A stretch of 52,120 nucleotides of DNA from a virus (Duplodnaviria > Caudoviricetes). Shown one piece after another: positions 23,593 through 33,847 of this stretch. Position 1 is the stretch's first letter. Each line of letters starts with the position of its first letter. The notes below the pieces were generated by a model. It was given only the letters and a program-made list of their open reading frames with translations. It searched no databases and was not told the DNA's origin. The stretch is taken from positions 1 to 52,120 of the IMG/VR virus record IMGVR_UViG_3300006120_000030. One strand, given 5' to 3'. The position numbers and the translations under genes were made by a program.

Positions 23593-23814
23593 ATGTCCGT
23601 CGACCACACTGCCCGCGCGAAGAAGATGACCCCGGCCGAGCTCGCCTTCGAGCTGCGAGAGCTCGCCCAGCGCTTCCCGTCGTCGGAAGCGTACGACTAC
23701 ATCAACGAGGCGGCTCGCCGTCTCCGGCCGGCGCCCAAGACCCGGACGGTCAAGCGGACCGCCAAGGCGAAGCAGGACAAGACGACCCCCGCCAAGGCCG
23801 AAGTCATCGCGTGA
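23593..23814 (+). CDS. hypothetical protein
   Basis: NEAARRL motif shared with the following ORF. Confidence 0.65.
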   Translation: MSVDHTARAKKMTPAELAFELRELAQRFPSSEAYDYINEAARRLRPAPKTRTVKRTAKAKQDKTTPAKAEVIA

Positions 23815-24447
23815 CCTGGCTCACCGAGATGCCGACTGAGCAGCTCGCTCAGGCCCTCGAGCGGGGAGGAGACGTTCCCGAGAACGTCAGGTCCCTCATG
23901 AACGAGGCTGCTCGTCGGCTACGGAGAGACGAGGAACTCCTCAGCGCTTGCAGCGACCCGCCCTATCCGAAGGAGTTCTTCAGTGACCCACCTGCCCCAG
24001 TCCGCCCGAAAGATCGCTGACCTCCGAGCCGCGTGCAAGTCGCTCGAGCGTCTCCTCGAGAAGGCCCTGGGCGCTGTCCAGAGTCGAGGCACGCCCTCCA
24101 TCTCCGCGCATGATGATTTCATGACGAGGGAGGACCTCGAGAAGCTCGCGGCGGTCGGGCTCGCGGAATACGAGGAGTTCCTCCGTGATTGCGGCGTCAA
24201 AGTGGGATGAGTTCACGGACGTAGTCCTGTTCGGCGAGCTCGAGCAGGGTGATCTCATCATCTGGCCGACCGACGAAAGCTCTCTCATCCTCTCTGTTCA
24301 CCCGCCGCCCTCGGCGAGGATGACGACGGCGCTCGTCGACGTGAACTACCTGTACACGTCTCCAGACACCTTCAAGAAGGCCCATCGCGTGGGCGGTCGG
24401 ACGTCCCAGTTCGGCACAAACTGCAAGTACATCAAGAGGAAGAAGAA

Positions 24448-24849
24448 ATGACTCGTTCGTTCAAGGAAGACGCCCAGAAACACGCCGCGTATCGGTCGAA
24501 GTGCGTCGCGATGTACGATGCTCGATACGAGGAGTTCCAGGCACCTGCAGCCGACTTCGCGAAGCGTGTCAAGGAGGCGTGGGACAGCACCGAGTCCCTG
24601 CCGGACGCGCTGGTGGAGGAGTTCAGTGGTTACAGCCCGGTCGTGAAGATCTGCGCCTGGTCGCACGCCACCCAAAACGGCATCGCTGAGATGGAGATGG
24701 CGAAAGAGATTCATAGCCGCCTGTCGACCATGGTGCTCGACATCTTCAGTGTGACGATGAGTGGCGTGGATTCAAAGGACGGCACCGATGACGAGCAGAG
24801 CATGCTCATCTACGGGATGCAGAACAGCAAGCTTGGAAGGGGCTACTGA
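24448..24849 (+). CDS. hypothetical protein
   Basis: ATGA-coupled ORF. Confidence 0.65.
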   Translation: MTRSFKEDAQKHAAYRSKCVAMYDARYEEFQAPAADFAKRVKEAWDSTESLPDALVEEFSGYSPVVKICAWSHATQNGIAEMEMAKEIHSRLSTMVLDIFSVTMSGVDSKDGTDDEQSMLIYGMQNSKLGRGY

Positions 24850-25048
24850 TGTCCTACCTTCCTCCCCGATTCAGGCTGGGTGACGGCGACTCTGCGCTCA
24901 AGGTGACTCTGCCGTGGTGGTGGACTGCCTGGGTGATCTTCACGGTCGTGGGGAGCATTCTCATGGCCAGCGCTGTCGTCTACGTCGCCTGGCACTTCAT
25001 CTCCAAGTTCTGGTGAACATTTGGGCGATCGCCCGCCACAATTGATGA

Positions 25049-25606
25049 ATGCCGTCATTTGTGTATGTGATCACTAACACGGTGAATGGAAAGCGATACG
25101 TCGGCAAGTCTATTGACCCAGATGGTCGTTGGTGGCAACATCGAAGAGCAGCCAAAATTCGACCTGGGACATGCTTAGTCGCACATGCGATTCGAAAATA
25201 CGGAGAGGAGTGCTTCATATTCGAAGTACTCGCAAGATTTGAGACCGACGACGAGGCTTGTGCAGAAGAGATCAGGCTGATCGCTGAGTGGAAAACTCAG
25301 GATCGATTGCTTGGTTATAATTTGACATCTGGTGGTGATGGTCGAGCAGGTATTCCCTGCTCTGAACTGACGAAGAAGAAGATGAGTGATGCACAAATCG
25401 GCAAAACGCTCTCTGAGGAACACTGTCGACACCTAAGTGATGGCGCCAAAAGAAAGATCATCACGAAAGAACACCGTGACAAGATCACAGCATCTCTGAA
25501 AAAGAGAGTCGTCTCAGATGAGACGAAGAAGAAGATTAGCGATACGAAGAAGCGCAAGCGACTTGAAAAGTTGAGTGTCGAGTCGCTGACCGAAGAGGCA
25601 AAATGA
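25049..25606 (+). CDS. GIY-YIG homing endonuclease with NUMOD3-type repeats
   Basis: FVYVITNTVNGKRYVGKS, AIRKYG, GYNLTSGGDG, SE.TKKKMS repeats. Confidence 0.92.
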   Translation: MPSFVYVITNTVNGKRYVGKSIDPDGRWWQHRRAAKIRPGTCLVAHAIRKYGEECFIFEVLARFETDDEACAEEIRLIAEWKTQDRLLGYNLTSGGDGRAGIPCSELTKKKMSDAQIGKTLSEEHCRHLSDGAKRKIITKEHRDKITASLKKRVVSDETKKKISDTKKRKRLEKLSVESLTEEAK

Positions 25607-26337
25607 TCGAAAGAGCGTATGTTCGGTATCGTGAAAGTCTTCCAGACAATGCCAATACGTTTGCTGCGGCCGAGGGGTTCACCATGCAGGGTGTGCCCGT
25701 CGTTCCGTTCTACGGATTCGGGGACCTGAAGGAGTACTTCGACCAGGGCAAGCTTACCAAGGAGACCATCGTCTGTGGCCACATCGGTGACGTCTGGGAG
25801 GTGCTGGGATTCTTCGGAAAACAGGCGCCGCCGCCTCTCGACTACCCGCCCCACCTGAAGTGGCTCATCTCCCGTCGAATCTGGGAGACCACGCTGGGCG
25901 AGGCCCGACAGAGCGCTGACGTCTTCTTCGTCAAGCCCGTGAAGCAGAAGATCTTCACGGGATTCATCTGGGACCCTGCGGACCCACGTAGCAGGCTCAA
26001 CGTCGCGGTCTGCCCTGATGACACGCCCGTCTTGTGCAGTGAGCTCGTGGACTTCAAGTCCGAGTGGCGGTGCTTCGTCAGGAATGACGAGCTCGTGGGC
26101 GTCAAGCACTACAAGGGTGACCCATCGTTGGGCTTCGACATGGACATCCTGAAGCTTGCCATCAAGGACGGTCGAGGCAAGATGCCTGCAGCGCACTCTC
26201 TGGACGTCGGCCGAACTGCGACGGGTGACACGATCCTCGTGGAAGCCAACGAGGGTTATTCCATCGGGGCTTACGGTCTTCCTAGCCTGATCTACTCCCG
26301 CTTCCTCGAGGCTCGGTGGGAAGAGCTGATGAAGTAG
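25603..26337 (+). CDS. ATP-grasp protein (DUF4343/R2K-type)
   Basis: DYP..L...I.RRIW, FVKP..QKIFTG, EWRCFV, LDVG, LVEANEGYSIG.YG. Confidence 0.8.
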   Translation: MIERAYVRYRESLPDNANTFAAAEGFTMQGVPVVPFYGFGDLKEYFDQGKLTKETIVCGHIGDVWEVLGFFGKQAPPPLDYPPHLKWLISRRIWETTLGEARQSADVFFVKPVKQKIFTGFIWDPADPRSRLNVAVCPDDTPVLCSELVDFKSEWRCFVRNDELVGVKHYKGDPSLGFDMDILKLAIKDGRGKMPAAHSLDVGRTATGDTILVEANEGYSIGAYGLPSLIYSRFLEARWEELMK

Positions 26338-26372
26338 TGTAAAGTCAACGTCCTAAGTGATAGGGTTGGTAC

Positions 26373-26681
26373 ATGGACATCCTCGCCGCGCTCTTCATCG
26401 TTCTCTTGTGTTGCTCGCCGCTGATCTTCTACGGGATTGCGTCGATTCGCAGGGACTCGACTGACAAGTTCGCTGGACAGTGGACGCCCCCTTGCCCGCC
26501 GGCTCGTTCTCCATCTGCAGGCGTGCGGGTCACCCTCAAGGAACCGCACCTCCACTGGCACAAGGGCACGAGGCTCGTGGTAGTGGAGTCCACTCCCGTC
26601 TTCCTCCTCGTGCAGGATGAGCTGGGCAAGCGTGCCCTTCTCGCCGTGACCCACATCGAGATGGAGACCCACCAGCCGTGA
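26373..26681 (+). CDS. membrane-anchored hypothetical protein
   Basis: 36 nt after motif; N-terminal TM. Confidence 0.6.
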   Translation: MDILAALFIVLLCCSPLIFYGIASIRRDSTDKFAGQWTPPCPPARSPSAGVRVTLKEPHLHWHKGTRLVVVESTPVFLLVQDELGKRALLAVTHIEMETHQP

Positions 26682-27073
26682 ACAAGATCTTCCTCGACGA
26701 CGAGCGGTCGCCGCCCGATGACACGTGGTTGGTCTTCCGGACCGCGCCTGAGCTGATCGCCCACCTTGTGGAAGTGGGTGGCTCAGGTCGGACGGGATGG
26801 GACGGTATGACCATCTCTCTTGACCACGACCTGGGAGTGTGCAAGCGATGCCTGGCCGAGTATAATGGGCCGGGGATTCCCAGCACGTGCGAGCACACTG
26901 GAACGGGCTACGACGTGGTCGTGTTCCTCGAGGAGTTCTTTCACTGGGCCGTCAACCAGGGAGGGTTCATCCCGGACATGACGCTACTCGTGCACTCCCA
27001 GAACCCAGTGGGTCGAATGCGGATGATGCAAGGGATCAACAACATCGGAAGAATCACCAACGGCATCCTCTAG
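26678..27073 (+). CDS. cyclic-phosphate-processing receiver domain protein
   Basis: IFLDDERSPP, ISLDHDLG, TGYDVV, VHSQNPVGR. Confidence 0.85.
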   Translation: MNKIFLDDERSPPDDTWLVFRTAPELIAHLVEVGGSGRTGWDGMTISLDHDLGVCKRCLAEYNGPGIPSTCEHTGTGYDVVVFLEEFFHWAVNQGGFIPDMTLLVHSQNPVGRMRMMQGINNIGRITNGIL

Positions 27074-27137
27074 CCCATTGCGGCGCCGGCGCAACTACGT
27101 CTGTGGAACTCCCATCCAACCATCGAAAGAGAAAGAC

Positions 27138-27725
27138 ATGTCAGGCAACATCTCCAACTGCGTCCACTACCTCGTCGGCACCAAGAAGAACTCCTCCAAG
27201 GAGAAGTACGCGTTCAAGGGGCCCTACAACAACTACTTTCGGGTGACTCACAAGCCCATCGCCCATCGGACTGCGTCGGCGCTGGCGCGCAAGCTCACTC
27301 GCTACTGGGCGGTCTCCTCGGAGCGCATGATCGCCGGGCCGGGAAAGAACGACGCCTTCATCAAGGACGCTGGTGACGGCCTCGTCGTGGTCACCGTGGA
27401 CCTCACCACGGGGGAGCGGCACGTGCGCACGGCCGACGAGTTCATCCGCTACGTGGCAGAGTATCGAGCCCGTCCCAAGTCGGGCACGAAGAAGCTCTCA
27501 GCGCCCGTGAGGCCGCTCATCGACAGCCTGGGCAAGCCCTGCACCCTCGGCGATGACGTGGTCATGGCGGGCTATACGGGGCATCCGTATCGGGGAACCA
27601 TTTCCGGGTTCACGCCCTACAACGTCCAGGTTCTCGTTCCCGCGGCTCCAGACTCGAAGTGGGGTCCGTACCACAAGTACGTGTCCTACCGACGATTCCG
27701 ACACGCAGTCATCAAGCTGAGCTAA
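27138..27725 (+). CDS. hypothetical protein
   Basis: long ORF; C-terminal SH3-like DSLGKPCTLGDDV. Confidence 0.65.
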   Translation: MSGNISNCVHYLVGTKKNSSKEKYAFKGPYNNYFRVTHKPIAHRTASALARKLTRYWAVSSERMIAGPGKNDAFIKDAGDGLVVVTVDLTTGERHVRTADEFIRYVAEYRARPKSGTKKLSAPVRPLIDSLGKPCTLGDDVVMAGYTGHPYRGTISGFTPYNVQVLVPAAPDSKWGPYHKYVSYRRFRHAVIKLS

Positions 27726-27731
27726 TCAACA

Positions 27732-28217
27732 ATGCGCGTCTTTTTCTTTGACTTCGATGGTGTAGCGAACTCAAACGAGTGGCTCCACAGGACTTTCGAT
27801 GAGCGTCGAAGTCAGGTAACGGGCGCGGCATTTGACCCTGCCATGGACCTTGATCCCGAACGCATCGTACTGATCAATGAGATCGTCGAGGCGACGGGAG
27901 CTATGGCAGTGTTCTCCACGTCGTGGCGGTGCGCGTACTCTGACGATCGACTCATGGACTTCCTGACCCGCCGAGGCTTCAAAGGCACGTGTGTGGGCAG
28001 GACCATCGAGGAGTTTCCCGACGGGGAGATCTTCCGTGGTCGTGAGGAAGAGATCAAGGAGTGGCTTGAGTGCCACGACGTGGAATCGTGGGTCGCAATC
28101 GATGACACCAATCTGAAGGGTCTCGGCGAGAACTTCATTCGAACGAATGCACACGTTGGAATCCAACCAGCAGACGTCCAGAAGGCGATTCGCGTCCTGA
28201 ACGGGGAGAAGCCGTGA
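27732..28217 (+). CDS. HAD phosphatase, Swiss-army-knife RNA repair type
   Basis: FFDFDGV, VFSTSWR, REEEIKEWL, WVAIDD. Confidence 0.85.
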   Translation: MRVFFFDFDGVANSNEWLHRTFDERRSQVTGAAFDPAMDLDPERIVLINEIVEATGAMAVFSTSWRCAYSDDRLMDFLTRRGFKGTCVGRTIEEFPDGEIFRGREEEIKEWLECHDVESWVAIDDTNLKGLGENFIRTNAHVGIQPADVQKAIRVLNGEKP

Positions 28218-28477
28218 CCATTACAGTGGAACAGCTGATCGAGGAGCTGAAGAATTGCGATCCGAAGCATGTCGTCGTGATGGCAGGCGATGGGGAGGGA
28301 AACAGCTTCAGGTTGTGCGCGGGTGCCGACGGAGAGAATCAGGTCTTCAAGCGCGACAAGGACAGACGCGGCACAATTGGCCTCGGCGAGCTTACTCCTG
28401 AGCTCTCGGGACTTGGGTACACTGATGATGACGTTCTTGAGGGCGGCATTCCCTGCGTCGTCCTGTGGCCGGTGTGA
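28214..28477 (+). CDS. hypothetical protein
   Basis: TVEQLIEELK..D.EGNSF..CVVLWP phage-family pattern. Confidence 0.7.
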   Translation: MTITVEQLIEELKNCDPKHVVVMAGDGEGNSFRLCAGADGENQVFKRDKDRRGTIGLGELTPELSGLGYTDDDVLEGGIPCVVLWPV

Positions 28478-28478
28478 C

Positions 28479-28964
28479 ATGGCGAGAAATGTCAACAGCT
28501 ACGGGTGCTTGCCGTCTGAGGACGTGTGCCTGCAACACGATGAACCCCTCGTGAACAGGTATAAGTGCGAGAAGGGCACAAATCTCAACACTTACGTTCC
28601 GCAGGCGCTTCGCCTCACGGACGAGCAAGCGAAGGCTCTCGTTGAGGAGGGTCGGCGAGCCGCCGCAGAATACACGAAGCGGTGCAAGGGCATGCACGGT
28701 CCGGTCGAGATGGACTACAAGCACGCTGCTATGGAGCGGGCAGCTTGGAGGCTGCACGATCGGTTCGCTGCTCTCCAGCAAGAGATGGCGATCTGGAAGT
28801 TGGCTCACTTCTGGGGTGTGATCTTCAGGGATATCCTGGTTGCCACGCCTTGCGCATGTGGGCATCAATACCACTGGTCTGGAGAGTGCTGGGAGGGCAA
28901 CGAATGTAACTGCCCATGCTACCAGGCTGACCTCAGCAAATCTCCGACAAATCAGCAGGGTTGA
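28479..28964 (+). CDS. hypothetical protein, Cys-rich C-terminus
   Basis: ORF; CACGH..H..C..C.C.C. Confidence 0.6.
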   Translation: MARNVNSYGCLPSEDVCLQHDEPLVNRYKCEKGTNLNTYVPQALRLTDEQAKALVEEGRRAAAEYTKRCKGMHGPVEMDYKHAAMERAAWRLHDRFAALQQEMAIWKLAHFWGVIFRDILVATPCACGHQYHWSGECWEGNECNCPCYQADLSKSPTNQQG

Positions 28965-29037
28965 CCAGCACGCCATTTGTCCCGAATAAAGCAGCCCAGT
29001 GTAAAGTGTTGCACGGGCATGTTAGAGTGAGAGCATC

Positions 29038-30441
29038 ATGTCATTCAAGTACGCGGTAGAGAAGGTCGGAACGAACCACTACGTCCTGCCGAAGGTGGGC
29101 GGGATGAAGGTGGAGGCGCACGCGTTCCTGTCAGAGGAGCTGTACAACGCTTCTGAAGAGAACGTGTGGTCGCAGATCGCGTCCGGAGCGTCCTACGAGG
29201 GCGTGATCGGAGCGTACCTGATGCCGGACACGCACTCGGGCTACGGAGTTCCGGTAGGATCCGTTGTGGTGACGGACAACGTCATCATCCAGGGCGGGTC
29301 GGGCTACGACATCTCCTGCGGCATCCTGTACATGAAGGCGCAGCTGAACGCGGGCTCCATCAAGGGCAAGTACGATCGGCAGCGCTGGGTTCGCGAGGTG
29401 GAGGACCGCATCGCGACGGGCAAGGGACACCACCGCCCGAAGCTGATGCCGAAGTTCACGCAGACGCAGGCGGACGAGATCCTCCGCTACGGCGCGAAGG
29501 CGCTTGGCGTGGACGAGATGCTGTGCGAGCGCCAGTTCATTCCGGTCGATCCCATGGCGGACCTGAAGAAGATCCCGCGGGCGTACGACTCCGTGCTGGG
29601 CCAGCTGGGCTCGGTGGGTGGTGGAAACCACTTCGTCGAGATGCAGGTGGACCGCGACACGGGCGAGGTGTACATCATGGTGCACTGCGGGTCTCGAGGC
29701 TACGGCTGGCAGACGGCGAACCACTACTTCTACGAGGGTGCTCGCGTCCGTGGAATGCCGGAGTCGCGCCGTGAGGACGCGTGGTTGTACGCGGACGAGC
29801 CGATGGGCAAGGAGTACTGGGCGCACCACAACTCGGCAGCGAACTTCGCTGTCGCGAACCGGCACATCATCGTCGCGGGCATCCGCGAGGCGACGCAGGA
29901 GGTCTTCAACTCCGACGTCGAGGTCTACTACGAGATCTCCCACAACCTGGTTCAGGAGGAGACGCTCGTGCTGCCGGACGGGACGCACAAGAAGGGCTTC
30001 GTCCACCGCAAGGGGGCGACGCGAGCGATGCCGGCGGGCCACCCGGACCTGGTGGGAACGCACTGGGAGAAGACGGGTCACCCGTGCCTGATCCCGGGCT
30101 CGATGTACGAGGGCGCGGCGATCCTCATCCCGCAGGAGGGCGCGTACAAGTCGTGCTGCAGCGTGAACCACGGCTCCGGCCGAATCATGGCTCGCGGCAA
30201 GGCGAAGCGGCAGCTGGAGCACAAGCAGCTCCACATCGACGAGGAGATGGCGACGGTCAAGCGGACGTTCAACGGAACGACGGTCGAGGGCATCATGTCC
30301 AACCACCGACACATCCCGCTCGACGAGTGCGCGCACGTTTACAAGGATCTCGACTCCGTCCTGGCGGTGCTCGAAGACGAGAACATCGCGAAGGTGCAGA
30401 ACCGCCTGTATCCGGTCGCGAACATCAAGGGAGCTGACTGA
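29038..30441 (+). CDS. rtcB: RtcB RNA ligase (3'-phosphate/cyclic-phosphate ligase)
   Basis: MPDTHSGYGVPVG, GYDISCG, LGSVGGGNHFVE, HCGSRG, HNL, VHRKGAT, IPGSM, SVNHGSGR, DE..YKD; own promoter motif. Confidence 0.96.
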   Translation: MSFKYAVEKVGTNHYVLPKVGGMKVEAHAFLSEELYNASEENVWSQIASGASYEGVIGAYLMPDTHSGYGVPVGSVVVTDNVIIQGGSGYDISCGILYMKAQLNAGSIKGKYDRQRWVREVEDRIATGKGHHRPKLMPKFTQTQADEILRYGAKALGVDEMLCERQFIPVDPMADLKKIPRAYDSVLGQLGSVGGGNHFVEMQVDRDTGEVYIMVHCGSRGYGWQTANHYFYEGARVRGMPESRREDAWLYADEPMGKEYWAHHNSAANFAVANRHIIVAGIREATQEVFNSDVEVYYEISHNLVQEETLVLPDGTHKKGFVHRKGATRAMPAGHPDLVGTHWEKTGHPCLIPGSMYEGAAILIPQEGAYKSCCSVNHGSGRIMARGKAKRQLEHKQLHIDEEMATVKRTFNGTTVEGIMSNHRHIPLDECAHVYKDLDSVLAVLEDENIAKVQNRLYPVANIKGAD

Positions 30442-30665
30442 TGGCTGGTCTTGCAAGCATTCCTGACTACACTCTTCGCATGCTCGTGCGGGATGCATGT
30501 TCAGAGCTGACAATGCTTGAAGAGCACGCGAATGGAATTCGGGCGCGCCTGAGGTATGACATGATCAGCGAGGTGCTTGCTAACAAGTTGCTCATGGAAG
30601 TCGGAGCACGTCGTGACATCGTCAGAAACCAACTTGCCTCATACATCGAACTGGAGAAGAAGTAG
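30441..30665 (+). CDS. hypothetical protein
   Basis: TGATG-coupled to rtcB. Confidence 0.6.
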   Translation: MAGLASIPDYTLRMLVRDACSELTMLEEHANGIRARLRYDMISEVLANKLLMEVGARRDIVRNQLASYIELEKK

Positions 30666-30950
30666 ATGAAGACCATCTCTGTCCACTACAACATCATCGA
30701 CACGGACGAGGACGAGATTCTCGAGGTGGCCGTCTCTGACGAGGTGGACTTCGAGGACGAGCGCGTCATCGAGGCGTTCCAGGACGTCATCGACAAGTAC
30801 GAGGACGACGGCCTCACGATCGACTCGGGCGGCTCTGAGGAGTCGGCTGACTTCGACCTGCCCGACGGCTTCACCTCCGAGGAGGCACAGGAGTACGGCC
30901 GTGTTCTAGCAGAGAAGCTCCTCTCTGAGCTCAAGGCGGCGACCGAATGA
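30666..30950 (+). CDS. very acidic small protein (possible nucleic-acid mimic)
   Basis: about one third Asp/Glu. Confidence 0.7.
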   Translation: MKTISVHYNIIDTDEDEILEVAVSDEVDFEDERVIEAFQDVIDKYEDDGLTIDSGGSEESADFDLPDGFTSEEAQEYGRVLAEKLLSELKAATE

Positions 30951-31267
30951 AGAACGTCACCGTTCGCGTGCCCAAGGCACTCGTGGCTGCGGCCGCGAAC
31001 GGTCTGAGGGGCTTCGAGGAGGCCGAGTGGCAGTACACAGCTGTCCAGCTCGGCCGCGCGGCCCTTCAGTCCGCGTCTGCTCCCGCACCGATGGTGGTGT
31101 CTGCCAAGACTCGCAAGGCGATCGAGGGGTCTCTGGAGATCTGGGCGGGACCACTTCGCGAGGGCGCTGAGCCCGACCACATCCTGCACCAGATCTCACG
31201 GTACATCGTGAGCCTCCTCGAGGTCGCAGCGTTGCAGCCGGAGGAGATCTACGAGGACGAGACGTGA
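30947..31267 (+). CDS. hypothetical protein
   Basis: coupled ORF. Confidence 0.6.
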   Translation: MKNVTVRVPKALVAAAANGLRGFEEAEWQYTAVQLGRAALQSASAPAPMVVSAKTRKAIEGSLEIWAGPLREGAEPDHILHQISRYIVSLLEVAALQPEEIYEDET

Positions 31268-31602
31268 CCTACGTTTCCTCTCAGTACAGCATGTCGAACG
31301 TGACGATGGGTCCCAGGCGGATCTTGCGCGTACGGGTGGAGTGGCACTCACCGTCCCAGCATCTGTCGTTCACGCGGCTGCAGCCTACTGAGCTTGACGA
31401 GGTCCAAAGGATCGACCTGAGATGGTACGCCATGGCATTCGCAGCTCTCGACGTCGACGTCCAGCAACTGACTGAGCGCATCATCTACTCGACCGTCAAT
31501 AGGGACCTCGACCAATACCTCTACAGTTGGATCATCGCTGAGGAGAGGTTCCTGCGAGAGCACTGCCAGGTGGACGCGTCCTTTGAGATGGTGGGCTTCT
31601 GA
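31264..31602 (+). CDS. hypothetical protein
   Basis: coupled ORF. Confidence 0.55.
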   Translation: MTYVSSQYSMSNVTMGPRRILRVRVEWHSPSQHLSFTRLQPTELDEVQRIDLRWYAMAFAALDVDVQQLTERIIYSTVNRDLDQYLYSWIIAEERFLREHCQVDASFEMVGF

Positions 31603-31841
31603 TGGTCGGTGGCGGAATCGACGGAAACAGCATCATGCCCGGCATGTCCTTCGTGTACGAGAGCATGAACGGGCTAGAAGTGTGGACCGTCATTCGGAAG
31701 GATCTCCTCTCTGAGGAAGAGATGAGGATCACGTACCTCGCGGCGGGACCGAAGACGACGGGCCTCCGAGAGTTCAAGGGACAACGAAAGGTCACGTATT
31801 GGCGAGACGCATGCATATGGAACAAGCCGTCGGGGTTGTAG
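31602..31841 (+). CDS. hypothetical protein
   Basis: coupled ORF. Confidence 0.5.
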   Translation: MVGGGIDGNSIMPGMSFVYESMNGLEVWTVIRKDLLSEEEMRITYLAAGPKTTGLREFKGQRKVTYWRDACIWNKPSGL

Positions 31842-32095
31842 GGGCCCAGAAAATCAGAGCAGGACAAGTTTGGTGGCTTCCCATCCAGGAGGCCACTGTT
31901 CTTGTTTTGCGAGTGGCACTGGCTCCAACGACAGAGCGGGTAGCAATCGACCGCATTGAAATCATGACACTCGTGCAGGATTCGCACTCCATGCGCCAGG
32001 ACATCTTCACCTACCGCCCGTGGGAGAACGTTCTTGTGGACGCCATTCTGCTGAGGGAGCCAGGCGCTAAGGACGCAGAAGTGTCCCAGGAATAA
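31817..32095 (+). CDS. hypothetical protein
   Basis: IRAGQVWW SH3-like start. Confidence 0.5.
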   Translation: MEQAVGVVGAQKIRAGQVWWLPIQEATVLVLRVALAPTTERVAIDRIEIMTLVQDSHSMRQDIFTYRPWENVLVDAILLREPGAKDAEVSQE

Positions 32096-32283
32096 TCGCC
32101 ACAATCTGTATGGGTATTCACTCATCCGATTTTGCGAATTATCCGCCGGCAAATAAGCATATTCACTGTCTAATATTGGAATGGGACCGTCCACGCAGGC
32201 ATGGTCAGAATCTGTCGCAAGGGCAGTTCAGCCGTGATCTGACGCGAGTGCAAAGGTCTCTCCGCGCGTGATAGGGTGGGAAC

Positions 32284-32931
32284 GTGAAGCCCATCAATCT
32301 GGACGACTTCGAGCCCCAATACTGGACTGATTCGTACCTCAAGAATGGTCGACTCGACTGGAAGTGTGGCATCCAATGGCGAGGGCCGTCTGATGACGAC
32401 GTGAACCTTGGCATCCACGTGAGGACCGCGCGGAACTGGCGTTATCTGTGGCGTCTGTCTGAGAAGCTTCGTACACGTTGGCTTACTGCCTCGAGTATTC
32501 TCTTCTCCACTCTCAAGACGATGGCTCCAGATGCAACAGATCGAAAGCCTGCGATCTTCAATCTCGGTGGCGGAAACTCAATCGACTACAATGGTCGAGG
32601 ATACAGCAGCAGCAGCGTGACGAAGCACGTCACTGAATTGCTCGCCGGCAATGAGAGTGTATATCGAGTCTTCAACCCTGAGATGAGCGCAGAAGTCAAA
32701 CGTCTGATTGTCAGGGCTGAACAAACACGTCGTCGGTGGTGGATGGCCACGGGTGTTGCACAGCGTGCAACCGAAGATAGACTGCGTGCAATGATTCGGG
32801 CACGTGAAAAAGAGCCGTATGGTCGTCTTATCGATCCATGTATCATCGCTGTGACGCCCCACCGTGCGGTCATCGTGGACCATGACACAGTCATCAAGTG
32901 GATCGATGCGGAGATGTTCGAGGCTGTGTAA
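32284..32931 (+). CDS. hypothetical protein
   Basis: GTG 36 nt after motif at 32248. Confidence 0.7.
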   Translation: MKPINLDDFEPQYWTDSYLKNGRLDWKCGIQWRGPSDDDVNLGIHVRTARNWRYLWRLSEKLRTRWLTASSILFSTLKTMAPDATDRKPAIFNLGGGNSIDYNGRGYSSSSVTKHVTELLAGNESVYRVFNPEMSAEVKRLIVRAEQTRRRWWMATGVAQRATEDRLRAMIRAREKEPYGRLIDPCIIAVTPHRAVIVDHDTVIKWIDAEMFEAV

Positions 32932-32961
32932 TGTTCCCAACCTGAGTGATAGGGTGTTTTC

Positions 32962-33204
32962 ATGGCGAAGAAGATCAAGGTTCCGACGTTCACTGACCAC
33001 CTCGGCCGAGAGCACGCGACCCAGCTGGGCGACCTCAAGACGGGCTCCAAGTTCATCCTGTACGGCACGGAGCTGTGCACGGTGGTGAGCATGGACTCCG
33101 AGATGGGTCCCGCCTCTGTGGTCTACAAGTGGGGCGACCGCAAGGCTCACAAGGGCCTTCCTCCCATCCAGACCCACGCCGCCTGGTGTGAGGTGGCGTC
33201 GTGA
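32962..33204 (+). CDS. hypothetical protein
   Basis: 36 nt after motif at 32926. Confidence 0.7.
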   Translation: MAKKIKVPTFTDHLGREHATQLGDLKTGSKFILYGTELCTVVSMDSEMGPASVVYKWGDRKAHKGLPPIQTHAAWCEVAS

Positions 33205-33434
33205 CTGACGTGAAGGCAGAGGCGCATTCTCGTCTCATCGCTGACGCTCTCAAGCGGGCGGAGTCGGGAACGCTGACTGATGGCGACGTGCGAGAGCTCG
33301 TCGCGTACTACGAGTCTCGGTATGCATCTCTGTGCGCCGAGCTGGCCTATCTGGGCGAGGAAGTCCGCCTCCTGAAGTCCGGCGAGGTGGACATGAGAAT
33401 CAAGCACGCGCTGATCAAGGGAGAGAACAAGTGA
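33201..33434 (+). CDS. hypothetical protein
   Basis: coupled ORF. Confidence 0.6.
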   Translation: MTDVKAEAHSRLIADALKRAESGTLTDGDVRELVAYYESRYASLCAELAYLGEEVRLLKSGEVDMRIKHALIKGENK

Positions 33435-33847
33435 GCAAGAAGCCGAGCGAGTACATCATCGTTAACAAGGCACACGACGCCAAAGCCCGTTACTGGTCTG
33501 GTAACACCTACGCTCCCTGGCGTGAGAATCAGATCGATGCAGAGCGATTCACTCTTCGCTGGGCGTGGTACACGCTCAATGCTGCAGACAAGACCTGCGA
33601 TCATCGTGCCTATGCCGTGAAGATTGTCAAGAAGGACAAGAAGCGGTACGTCGTCAAGACGAACAAGCTCGGTCCCGGTACAGACATGTACGTCACTGAG
33701 TACGGTCAGCCGTCGATCCTCCAGTCCCGAGCAGAGCGGTTCACTCGTGACGGAGCGCTCGTAGAGATGGGCAAGTTCCTCGAGAGTGATGCCTCCGACT
33801 CCTTCACGAACGTCCGCATCGTCAAGCTCACCAAGGCCTCCGGGTGA
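33431..33847 (+). CDS. hypothetical protein with internal duplication
   Basis: two Y(I/V)(I/V)..Q..AERFT..V(K/R)IVK halves. Confidence 0.65.
   Translation: MSKKPSEYIIVNKAHDAKARYWSGNTYAPWRENQIDAERFTLRWAWYTLNAADKTCDHRAYAVKIVKKDKKRYVVKTNKLGPGTDMYVTEYGQPSILQSRAERFTRDGALVEMGKFLESDASDSFTNVRIVKLTKASG

Noticed and set aside
25049-25606. Group I intron around the GIY-YIG gene
   Set aside because: The ORF overlaps the next gene's start and leaves no flanking room for a ribozyme core; treated as free-standing.
29131-30513. Long minus-strand ORF opposite rtcB (likewise 767-1789, 43851-45248, 21106-22224)
   Set aside because: Antisense shadows of high-GC3 genes with no recognisable motifs.
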